64,000 nucleotides of DNA from the NCBI RefSeq assembly GCF_018977255.1, contig NW_024704742.1, positions 50,656,001 to 50,720,000 of the forward strand, given 5' to 3'. The notes beneath the pieces are model-generated. The model saw only the letters and a list, made by a program, of their open reading frames with translations, did no database searches and was not told the DNA's origin. This document shows, in pieces, positions 40,566-52,525 of the stretch (position 1 is its first letter; every line of letters starts with the position of its first letter). The translations under genes were made by a program, and so were the position numbers. Source of the DNA: Callorhinchus milii (taxonomy: Eukaryota).

Positions 40566-41700
40566 TCACAACAACAACAAAAACTAGCACCCTACATGCA
40601 GGGCAGCATCTCAGCATCTTAACATGGTGTAGCCTGACTCCGAGCCGGGGGGTGTGGGGGGTGAAGGTTTTCAGGCGAAACGTGAAAAATGATAAAGACG
40701 GGAAGGCGGAGGGAGAGTGTTCCAGTGTTTCGGGGCGTAGTGGCTGAATATGCGACCTCCAATGATGGAGTGGAGGGCGCAAGGGACAAGCAGGAGGCTG
40801 GTGCCAGTTGAGGGGGGCATCGGGTGGTAGATTGGGGAATGAGGAGGTCAGAGAGGGAGGGAGGTGCCAGGGAGTGAAGGGATTTGAACACGAGTGTGAG
40901 GATCTTGAAGTTGATTCTTTCAGTGATGGGGAGCCAGTGGAGCCTGGCCAGAACTGGTGAGATGTGGGTACGGAGTTTGGTCCGGGTCAGTATGCGGTCA
41001 GCAGAGTTCTGAATGAGCTGGATCTTTTGAAAAGTGGAGCTGGGGAGACCGGCGAGGAGTGCGTTTGAGTAATCCAGGCGGGAGGTGCCAAACGCATGCA
41101 CGAGGGTTTCGGCCTCATTTCGGTCAGAGGTGGGCAATGTGGCGGAAGTGGAGGAAGGCAGCCCTGGTCAGGGATTGGATGTGGGGAGGGGGGTGGGAAG
41201 GACAGCTGGGGCTCGAACTGGATGTCTAGGTTGCGCACTGGTTCGGTGAGTCTGAGGGAGAACCCAGGAAGGTTGAGGAGTTCAGGTTCGCAGGAGTGAA
41301 GACCTTGATGGGAGCCAAGGAATATGGCTTCCGTCTTGTCCACATTCAGCTGCAGGAAGTTTCCATTCATCCAGGCCCTGATGTCTGCCTCAGCGGACCT
41401 GGATTTGGTACTGGAGGAGGCAAAATAGATTTGGGTATCGTGTGGAAATTTACCCCGTGTCTGCAGATGACATTGCCCAGAGGGAGCATATAGATAAGGA
41501 AAAGAAGAGGGCCAAGGATGGATCCCTGCAGGTGACCGGGCGAGGGCGGGCAGAGAAAGCATTTGCCGAGATGAAGTAGAGGCTGTTGTTTAAGTAGTAC
41601 TCAAACCATGCGAGTGCAGTCCCACTGAGGTGGATGAGGGAGGAGGTGTGACCGAAGTTGACCTGCAACAATGTGATTGTGGTTGAGAGGGAGGAGGGAG
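40566..41700 (-). mobile_element. L2 LINE 3' fragment (RT C-terminus and tail)
   Basis: NFLQLNVDKTEAI and [24 protein letters not shown]...LARLHWLPI motifs. Confidence 0.92.
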
Positions 41701-41959
41701 AAATGGGGCCAAAGAATCACAGAACATATGACCAAAGGCACAATAGCAAGAAAATAATTAATTTTTTTAAACACATTTATCGGGCAGGGAACGACCAGCG
41801 AGTCTTATATTTTCCCCACAAGACAGTGCAAACATCACTACAAACATATACCACCCACAGTACATTCACAAGGTTAATTATTTTCTCACTGGACATCTGT
41901 TATTGTGCAACTGCAACTAGGCGTGTTTTAAATCCAATGAAATAAAAAGGTATACCTCT

Positions 41960-42170
41960 TAAACCCATCATCCCCTGTCCTCTACCCCATTTTCTCCTTT
42001 GTCTTCCTTGCCCTGCCTCCCCCCTCTCTGTTAGCCCTTAAAAGCCTCTCCCTCGCAACACGCCCCCGTTCTGACGAAGGGTCGTGAATCCAAAACGTTG
42101 ACTCACTTTCCTTTCTCCATAGATGCTGCCTGACCTGCTGAGCATTCCCAGCGACTTCTGTTTTCGTTGA
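41960..42170 (+). mobile_element. Penelope-type terminal repeat, single arm, with a decayed hammerhead
   Basis: ctgacgaagggtcgtgaatccaaaacgttgactc followed by the same arm sequence. Confidence 0.65.
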
Positions 42171-42829
42171 AAAAGATAGAAACCTTGCATTTGATATTGT
42201 GTCATATTATGTCAAAAGGTCTCACAGCACTTCACAGTAATCGCTTTTAAGTGTAGTGACTGTGTATTTTTATAGGCAAGCACAAGTACAAAGAGGAAGC
42301 AAGTGAATGAGAATTTGAACTGCAGATTGTGATGGGCTGGACAACAGGAGATACTCACTTCTCTTTTTGAATAGTATCATTGAATCTTTAATGTCCATCT
42401 AAACAGCCACACAACACCTTTGGTTTAACTTCTCATTTGAAGGACAGCACCTCTACAAGTACAGTGCTTCCCCATCACTAAATATCAACATCCATTAAAG
42501 GTAAGCAATTGCTTTGAATGTGAATAACACTGTGCTTAACTGTTTCTCTAGCAATGACGCTGTGTTAAGTACTTTTTTTTAAAGAAGATTTTCCATTTCA
42601 CCTGCCACTTCAATGTTTCGTAGAGCTTGGTAGTGTGCCACAGCATCATTTATCAGGTTCATTTTGTCTATTTACATTGTTCATCCATTTACTGTCATTA
42701 CTGAATAGATCTCTTCTAGGCCTGATGATTCTTTCAAATCTTAAAACCATTACTCCATCCCTATTCTATGAGCTCCACGATTGCTGTCCATGACATTAGT
42801 TTGTGAAACTGGACTGACAGGCAATAGTT

Positions 42830-43325
42830 TTATTCAGAATTCTGCAGCTCATGTCCTTTCACACACCAGGCTCCGTGATCCAATCACCCCCATCTGCACC
42901 TGGCTCCACATCCTCCAGAGGATTGAGTCAAAAATCCTCGTCCTCGCTTTCAAAGCCCTCCACAGCCTTGCTCCTCCCTACCTCTGGGACCTGCTAACTC
43001 CATATTGGCCTGTCCGCTCACTCTGCTTGTCGGACTTTGGTCTACTCCACGTGTTCCACCCTATCCGCCCCACAATCAGAAGTCGGACATTTAGCCTTTC
43101 TGGAACCCCATCCCACAGTTCCTTTGCCATTGCTCCTCCTTTCAGGGCCTGTTTCAACACCTTCCTCTTCGCCCATGCCTTTGGTCAACCTCCTACCCCC
43201 ATCCTTCCTGCCCTCCAACACTCCTGATCCCAACCGCCAGCTCGGGCGCACGTCCTTGACTGACCAGTGCTTTGGGATGTCCTCCCAATGTAAAAAGCGC
43301 TACACAAACATAATTTAATGCTGTT
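42830..43325 (+). mobile_element. L2 3' fragment
   Basis: IQNSAAHVL...KILVLAFKALHSLAPPYL motif. Confidence 0.85.
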
Positions 43326-46300
43326 GTTTTAAAACATATTCCCTAGAAAATTATACTACATGTGAAATGATCTGTCTCATACCAAATAATAATCCTTGCA
43401 TTGCATTTTATATAGTGCCTCATCATGTCATCGAGACGTCTCAAAGCGCTTCACAGAAAATACTGTAAAGTGAATTGCCTATATAGGATGGAATATCGAA
43501 AATGCTGGAAAGGAGACAATTTTTTTTGTTTCACATCTATTCTGCTAATTGAAAACGAAAGATTGAATCCAGAGCTGCAGATAACATCCAACTCAAGTTG
43601 ACTACTGTGGAAGTGGATTTTCTGAGCTTACTATCCAAAAGCTCTGGCACAGACTCTGCCCTGAAATCCAAGTGGAAAATTTAAATGTGATCCTTGTTTG
43701 AAGTGCTACACCAGCCATGGGTTTGATGGCAGCCCTGGGGGCCCTGATGCAGAAGTGCCAACAGCCAGCAAATTTGGGTACTTGGAGACAGCAAGTTCAG
43801 TTAAGTCCAGATACATTGAGGGTTCTCCAGTCAAGTACCCATTAGGACCTCCAGTGCCTTCATTGGAAACTCCATCCAACTTATATGGGGAGTTTGAGGA
43901 GGCGAAGGTCAACTTCTTCAAGCTTGGAAAATTGGACATGAAAATTCACTCTTCATTTTGGAGCTGAAATTCCACAGTACTTAACAAGCAACAGCTTCCA
44001 AATCAATGCTGAGTTTGAGGATTTTCACAATTCTGCACAACATTTGAAATTTGAAGCCTAATCTGTTTTGAGTTACTGAAATGGTTAAATATTACAAGAC
44101 AGATCCTATGCAGATCCAATTTGACTGCCAGTCATGTTTCATTCTGTGTTGACAATAGTCTGGATGTTAGCCAGTATTGCTACTTTTCACATTCACTTTA
44201 TTAGAGCTGTCATCAGGGTAGAGTGACCTGGAGTGCCTGAGGTCCAGTATCAATGCAAACCTGGAGCCAATTGGCTTGTTTTTCCTCCTAATCCAGAATT
44301 CGTTTGCATTTTGCATTTAGCCCTTTTACACAAAATTACCAGTTTGTTTAAAATCAAGGAAACAGATTTTTACAGTGATAAATGAACTAATTTTCTGTTA
44401 AGATAACAAAGCTCCTTTAACATATAAAGGATCCCTAGCTAGTATGAATGTTATTTCAATACAGCATCTGTTTTACTAAAGACATAATAAAATGCACCAC
44501 AAGGACTACTTTCCCCTTGCGCTAATTTTGAAAATTACAATAATTTCTCAAAAATATTTCATTATTTTGAAAATTGTTCAGAATCATAGAGGTTACTTTA
44601 AATTCCACAACTTGGGTGAGCAGCCAGTTCTCAAGTACAGTTATATTGGATCCAAGAATTAGTCAATTATCTTTTGTAGGAGCTTATGCCACATTTTTTG
44701 CTTGTTGCGTTTCTCTAAAAATCGAATCCCACCGCCTCCTTCACTGTTTACAGTCTTTGGGGAAGAAGGAAGCCAGGTTAACGTTGCAATACCCAAAGCA
44801 TTTCCTATAATGAAACACATTTTCTGATGTAGCTTATTGTGCCTAATGCTGCAAGGCAAGTTCCCCATGTGTAATAAGCAACAGAATGATATAAACAGTG
44901 TGCAATACATCATCTCAATGGCCCACTACCTCATTGGTGAATGTTGAAATCCCCACTGAACAACCTAAATTTTGTTTATTTCCTTCAATCTTATAGAATT
45001 ATCTCCAAAGTTTTAGATTGGGTATTTGTTTTCTATACTAGATGATGTAATACAGCCTCGAACCATAGAATCCTACAGCACAGAAGGAAGCCATTTGGCC
45101 CATCATGCCTGTGCCAATTCTTCGAAAGAGCTTTCCAATTAGTCCCACTCACCCACAATTTTTTTCTTTTCAAGTAAATATCCAATTCCCTTTTAAACGT
45201 TATTAATGAATCCGCTTCCACTGCCTCACTTTTATTTTTTTTTACAGAAGTACAAATTACAGTAATTTAAATTGCAACAATTCTGCCCATCGAGTCTAAG
45301 GATGAGGCTTCCCCTTAACTTGAATTAACCACATGAACCCAATTCCCTACCCTTGGCTATTCTTTCATTCCAAATGGTTATACAACTCTAATTTAAATGT
45401 TATTATAGACTCAGCCTCAATAGCTACATGAAGACATTGGGGTAAGTGATAAATGCTTTACATTACACAGAGTCCACTAATGTTAGGTCATTTGTCAAAA
45501 TAAATCTAATCTAATGAACATTTACAAAATATTTTCATTGGCTCTTCAAGACAAAGGGTCTTGACTAAAGACCCTTAGTCTTGAATATTTTTGTGCTGGA
45601 AAATCTGGCAGTTGTGATAGAACTGTATTTTCTGATCCGTTGACTAAATATTGTGTTGAGCGTAGGACATAAAATAAGGAATGTAGGAACATCTAAATGA
45701 CGACATTTGGTGTTTTCATATACTCCCTTATTTCACAATCACCATTACTGCACTGAGCATGGATGAGGTTACCCGTAACCGCTGTGCACAAATGCAATGT
45801 ACTCAACAGTCCATTGCTGGCTAGAACCCAAAGCACAATTTATAAAAACAATAGGGCATTCTGATGAGCTGAGCAATTTCAATTCATTCATCTGTCTATT
45901 CAAGTGTTTCAATATTAAAAGTGGAAGTTACATATGTATAAGTAATATAAATTCGGTCCGCACATTCAGGTGGACGTCAAAGATCCAATGGCACTATTCT
46001 AAAAGAGAAGGGAGTTTCTCCTGGCGTCTGGCCAATAATCCCCCAAATAAGATTAATCATTCACTTCACGGCTGCTTACGAGACATTGTTGTGCACATAT
46101 GGACTGTCATGTTCGCCTACAAATATAGAGTTACTACATTGTACTTTATATCTTGTGAAGCGCTTTGAGACATCCTCCTGATAGGAAAGGTGCTATACCA
46201 AATGCAATGATTATTATATGTATATTTCTAGTCAGGGAAGCCCTGTCCTCTCTTTAGTTGCAAAATGTTAATGGAAACAGAGAGCACATTGGAATGCGCC

Positions 46301-48034
46301 TTAAAAACAGGGGTTTAATCTGTGTTGCTTTATAGGTAAAGTGGTATGTAAAATAAACTTCTAAATTGATATAAAAATATTGTTTTATATTCTGGTTCAC
46401 ATACTGTGGCATTCTGATCTACCAACAGCAGTGTTCCACATCCTTAACTGAAGTTATAGGCCGGAAAATCACATGATTAGTATTAGAGATTTCATTCCCC
46501 TAATCATTTTTTTGGGAAATGTTCTCTTATAAATAATCCAAACCAATTGGCTTCAATGTCCTCACCCACAAGTATAAATCGCTTCATGTCCGAGGACCTC
46601 GCTATCTCTCATCTTTGCCTACTCCACTTCTTGGCTTGTCACAACTTCTCAGCTAACTCACTTATGCTGTGCCGCCTCCCCAAAGCCGATTTTAGAAAGT
46701 CAGCATTTATACCAGCCGCTTTACTAAGCAAAGAGATGCAGAGTGGAGTCCACTTCCTCCTAGCACACTGGATCATTAAGGACTTTAATCTGCTCAACAG
46801 GTCATGTTACCTCTTCAAACCTCCATGCAGTTGAATCTAATCTAAGGCCTGTTGGATCAATGCTAACTCAGCATAATGCTCCCTCCCAGGGCACCCTCAT
46901 GGGTCTCTTGTAAAATAATGGACTTGTCTAACACTGGTACTAACCCAGCCTTGTGTGGTTGGGAACTCTCACTGATGTAACCTACTGATTAGCTTCATTT
47001 TCCTAATGAACTCCTTAGCCTCTTGCCATTCTTGGTCATTAAATTCTCTTTACAGTGTTCCTAGCTTGCTCTGAGGAGGCTTCTAGTACTAATTTAAAGC
47101 CCCTCCGTTTCAGCCTAATAGCTCTCTTTCCCTTTCCAGTTACTTTGACAGGATCCTAAGTGTGGATGAGTGGCTAGCATGGATAGCGCTTTGAAGCTTG
47201 GGACCAATACAGTGGAGTTTCGGAAGTGAATTTACACACTACTATTCTCAGCCTTGGTGTTAGGAGCGCAGATGAACTGAAGTTGAACGCCCAAGTTATA
47301 GATAAGGGGAAAGCATACCAAAGTTATTAGTAAGATATTGATAACTTCTTTAAAAAAAGAAGTTGCTTAAACATCTGGATATTAAATGAATAGAGTTTAC
47401 AGGTATATGTAAAGACACAGCTAATCAATATTCTAAACATTATGGGTCAGGTCATGTTGAAACCATGGGATACCATTTGTGGGAGGCAGTTAAGGTGAAT
47501 AAACTAATGTCATACTGATTACATGGAGTTTGATTCCAAATTTCCTGTGGATTTTCCCAGTGATTATTAACCTAACTCAGGAGATTAAATAAATTATCTC
47601 ATAATACAGACTGTACATTGAAATCTAAACTGAAATTTATCAGAAGTTTATTAAACAGCTAATCCTGCACATTCCTGGATCTATCTTTCTGGAACTCTAC
47701 CTCAGTTTCAATTTCTGTACTTGCAACCTCAGTAAACGACATCAGCATCTGAGTGGATTTCCATATTCACTATCTACAAATCCTTTTACGAATATCAAAA
47801 TTAGGCCACATTAACTGTACCCGTTGAAAGGAATTAGTTCAATGAACTAACTCAGCATTTCTCATTCCATACATCAATGCCTTTGATTTTATTATAATAA
47901 GACTCCAGTTGTACGCTTGAAATGTTCGCTGATCAAGAAGACACAGACTCCAAACACTCACAGGCACATAAAGGTTCCTAATGCTTTTCACATTATGTAT
48001 AGATCAGCAGAATAAGATGTACGTGGTCACATAC

Positions 48035-48242
48035 CTCTCAGTGGTGTTGGTACACTCTGGAAAGACAATGCTACAGCCAAAGAGCATGGTGTACTGATAG
48101 CACTGCAGCTGACTGAGCTGACTGAAGATGTAGAGGAGCATTTCCAAGTCACTGGTGTTGAAGTCTGTGAGATTGGGCGGTAGAGCAGTCTGATTGTAGG
48201 GTAGTATTTTACACTGGCTGTAACTGATAGTTGTACAGGCAT
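48035..48242 (-). CDS. corin: corin exon 4 equivalent: Frizzled CRD 1, N-half (DACTTISYSQCKILPYNQT...CYQYTMLFGCSIVFPEC)
   Basis: 208 nt, phase 1-2; cctacag|AT and AG|gtatgt; Fz cysteine pattern. Confidence 0.96.
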
Positions 48243-50022
48243 CTGTAGGGGACAGACAGATAGAATTTAAAAAGTCAATATGAATCCTATCGTTTGTAGA
48301 CTTCATCGTATTGAATTTTGCGTCAGTGAGGATAAATTTTAACTGATGGCAAAGTAATCTATATGTGCACAAAACTATACATAACAACGTTTCATCTCAT
48401 TTCATACATAACAGTTTCATTTCATTAATTTTCATTTCATCATTCCTGCTATCTTCCATTTACTGCATCCAGATCTAGTAAGTTAAACATTTTACAGAGC
48501 AAAATGGTATCCCATTGATATTGAGATCTAATTTGCAATATTAATAAACTGGATTTGTTGTGTCAACATTAACTTCCAGTTTACAGCATTTGTGGGCAGA
48601 AAATTCCAAGTTGGCAAAGTCTGAAAAAAGGCCGAGGAGTTAATTGCCAGCAGGAAACAGCTGGCTGCTTTGCTAGACAACTCACATCGCAAACCGAAAG
48701 TCATAATTACACAAGAGATCATCTTACAAATATCGGAAATTAGATCCCATTATGTGAAATGTGATTTATGTGGCAGGTTGGATTTAAATCTATTGAGTTT
48801 TTTGGGGTGGATTTATATTCGGAAAAACAGCAGTGAACAATTTTAACCAGTGGGGATTACTCAAGAATCCAAATAACAGAATCCTGTATTATATTTATGT
48901 TACCTCTAGTCTTTTACCATATGCAAAGAAAGTAATGCATATGGTAAATGACTAGTGTAACACGAATAGGGTATATGATTATGTGGTGGGGAGGCGTTGG
49001 AGGCCAGTAGCCAATGTGGAATATGGGGATCACATTGCCATCATTGAGTGCCAGAGTTAGGCCCGGAATGGGAATCAGCTGAAGCTCCAGGCTGTGGAAA
49101 TCACAGGAATTGAGACTGTGGTGGAGTAAGCCAGTGAGGATCAGCAGCACGAGATCTGCTTCCAAACACTCGGGGGGGTAGCAAACAGAGGAGCTGCCTG
49201 AGCCAGAGCTAACTACCTCCCACAGCACACCCTCTACTGCTTGGAGAAACACCCCTTTCCCAATGGAGAGGTCCAGGTTTCTCCCACTAGGAGGACTCTT
49301 AATAATAATAATCCTTACATTTGATATAGTACCTTATCGCGTCATTGAGTCTTTTCAAAGTGCTTCACAGGAATTTACTGAAAAATGTTGTGACTGCGTA
49401 TTTGTAGGCAAACACAGCAGCTAATTTACACACAGGAACTCTTTTGGTGAATTCCAGCAGAGTGATACTCTTTATACTCTTTATACTTTATAATTTATAC
49501 TCACGCTTAGGAGAATGAGTCAGGTCAGGAATTAGAATGGATAAGAATGGAGGCAAAGTGGTCTGGGTTTTATATATTTTTCATTACATTTTAAATTCTT
49601 CTTTTGTTAACCAATGTCTCACTGACCATCCAACACCCCACTCCCTTCCCCAACCTGCTACACTATCCATTCTAAAAGTCATAATACTTTTTGGATAATG
49701 CTATGCCTTTCTGATAGTATCTGAAGTTTTGTTTTACATTTGTTTTGCCAAAAGGTGTCATGATTTCAGGTTAAGATTGTGAAGCACAGTGAAGTGACTT
49801 ATAATCAAAGTAAATCCAATATGAGCTTCCTGTTACAGATGTAATTTAAAAGCCGCAAAAGTCCATCAGCTATTCATGTTCATTCTATTCAGCGCAGGAT
49901 CAAGCCCAGTATTTTGAGAATGATAGACTAAAAATCAGGTACCCAGTTGTACCTCAACATTTTGGTTGTCAGACGATCCAAAACATTTTTCAAGTCCTAA
50001 AAATGATTATTGTTTTCTTTAA

Positions 50023-50252
50023 ACAAAAGCCAAAATACTGCAGATGCTGGAAATCTGAAATAAAAACAGAAGTCGCTGGGAACACGCAACAGGTCAGGCA
50101 GCATCTATGGAGAGAGGAAAGCGAGTTAATGTTTCAAGTCGATGACTTGAAGCGTTCTGACAAAAGGTCATCGACCTGAAACGTTAACTCACTTTCCTCT
50201 CTCCATAGATGCTGCTCGCACTCCTGAGTATTCCCAGTGACTTCAGTTATTT
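50023..50252. mobile_element. Penelope-type fold-back element with two decayed hammerhead motifs
   Basis: ~90-nt inverted arms; ctgacaaaaggtcatcgacctgaaacgttaac on +. Confidence 0.7.
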
Positions 50253-51216
50253 TTTCCTTTATTTGACTGTATTCCATTTGCCAATCTCATTTATACTGAA
50301 CCGTCACTAGAATATAAAGAACTTGTATTTTTACAGTGTGTTACCATGTTAAAATGTCTTAGAGTGTTTCATACATTATTGTGTTTGCTTAGTCATGGCT
50401 AACATAGATGTAAGCTGACTATTTAAACTGGACTATCAGTGCATAAGGCCACAATCCTGAGCTTCAAGGACGACTACATATCCAAGAACATTCCCCATCT
50501 CCTCACCCAGAGTAGCAGTTATGTAAAGCTCATTCCCAGCTCGTCCACTGATTAACTCCTTCGTCAAATATCTGGCTAAACATCAAACTTTCAGTGAATT
50601 AAGAGAAATGATGACACATAGCAATAAAAGGTACAAGTCCTTTCCAATAGTTACAGAGTTTCTAGAACCATGAATTGCATGCCATAGATAGCAACTGGAG
50701 TGAGATAAGGGTATAAGATATGGGGATGGGTACATTTTTGAATTGTTTTGGCTTTTAAGAGGAAGAAATTAGAAATTTTTCATCTTACTTTTCACGAAGA
50801 GAGGATGTGAATACAGTAAAGTTTATGGTAGAGAATCTGGGAAGAGAAGGAACATAATGAGCCAAATGTTTTTTGTTGCTCCATGTTCTCTCATGTTTAG
50901 GTGCTTTTCTTCAAAATAATCAAAGCAGACAGATAATTCTAAGATACCCTGACTGTGCCAGTCAGTGTAAATGTTAAACAATATCTAGTCTGTCAAACCA
51001 AGCTCTGAAACCAATAATTTTAGTATTGCTTTCACAGAAAGCATTTCATACTCATTAAAATGCATGAACATGTGAGAAATATACTGTATATTGAAGCTAA
51101 TGTTCATTATATTGTATAGGTATGATCAGTCAGAATCTGTTTGAATTATTTAAATCAATAATGACGCATCAGTCAAACATTGTAAAAGAAGAATATAGAC
51201 TAAAATAAATTCTTAC

Positions 51217-51708
51217 CAATGCTGATGTTAAAATCGAAGGATTCCAGTGCAAGGGCAGTATCTGAAGCCAAACTGATAGAGCTGAGGTTGGGAAAGGCAG
51301 TGTTGAAAGGAGAGGCACTTGTGGACACCTCAGGAGAACTAAATGCGCCATCTCTCTTGTTAGGCAATGAGCTTGTGTCCTCTAAGTCGAGTAGCGAGTC
51401 TGAACTTGTGTCACTAGGACTGACTGCGCTACTTGGTGTAAAAGGCAGCAAATCGGTCTCTTGTAAGCTCTTCATGGTCAAATGTTCTCTACTTGACTCA
51501 AGCAACTTGTCTTCTCCATTTTGGTCACCAGCGGGTGAGAGATTTTTTGTCATTACAAATGGGGAAATTGTCCCCAAGTCCATTCCTGCTTGTGCCCCTG
51601 AACTGTTTCCTACAAAGCTTATGTAAGGAATCACAGATGCATGTTCGGTCTCACTGGTTGAAAGTATGTCATTTGTATTCTGATCAACGTAGCCATCGCC
51701 TATTCCAC
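51217..51708 (-). CDS. corin: corin exon 3 equivalent: long Ser/Thr/Pro-rich juxtamembrane stem
   Basis: 492 nt open frame, phase 1-1; ttttcaccag|GT acceptor, G|gtaaga donor; overlaps ORF 51200..51634. Confidence 0.85.
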
Positions 51709-52309
51709 CTGGTGAAAAGCACAGAGAGAAAGAAACATCACGATGTTATTCACCTGAGATTCCTTCTTTAAAATCACTAAATAATAGGCTATTACTATCT
51801 TAAGGCAATCATTTATACAAAATTCAAATTACTGGAGTATTTTGTCATCGCTTTCTGTGGTATAGAGATTGAGAACAGGAAACAGCTTTTAAATTTCCTG
51901 CTCCAAAATTGCTCTCTGAGGCAGCTCTACCAAACGCAAAACTCCACGGATTAGAACGCCAGTTACTTTATAAATGTTACTGAAGAACTGGCAGTGAAAA
52001 TATCTCTTTAGTTCATTGAAAAGCCTCAAAGTTGTAAACTCAACTGTTAAGTTTAAAAAAAAGTATTTTCCCTAATTGGATGTAGTACAAACTTAATCTA
52101 CAGGATAGTCAATACAGGAGTGCCACTCTGAATCAAACACATTTTTACACCTGAATTTTAACATAATCATAGCATCTTTTTGAAACAGAAACATTGTTAA
52201 ACCTCTGTATAAAATAGGCCATTAATTAATGCAGGGATCAAGGGAACTTTAAATTTGTTTTGACAAATGTAATACCTGAACCACTTCACTGGGGCATTGA
52301 GTAAAATGC

Positions 52310-52525
52310 TCATGGCAGAATAGGTTAGCACATTGTCCTTTCACCTCTGGAACCTCACTGACAGCAGCCCAGGTTAATGTTATGACACTTTCTTTCTCTG
52401 CTGACTGCACAGAATTTTGATGAAATTAATTTAGGCCGTCTCAGCCCATCTCGTGCTGATTGTGGGCCCACAGCATAACTCTGTCCCTCATTGGACTTCA
52501 ATTGATAATCTGAGAGGCTAACCAA
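52310..52525 (+). mobile_element. LF-SINE-like ancient SINE
   Basis: CCTTTCACCTCT...CAGCCCAGGT...TGAAAT...GTCTCAGCCCA in the order I recall for the LF-SINE consensus. Confidence 0.5.

Noticed and set aside
51219..51626. 135-aa plus-strand ORF
   Set aside because: Antisense shadow of corin exon 3
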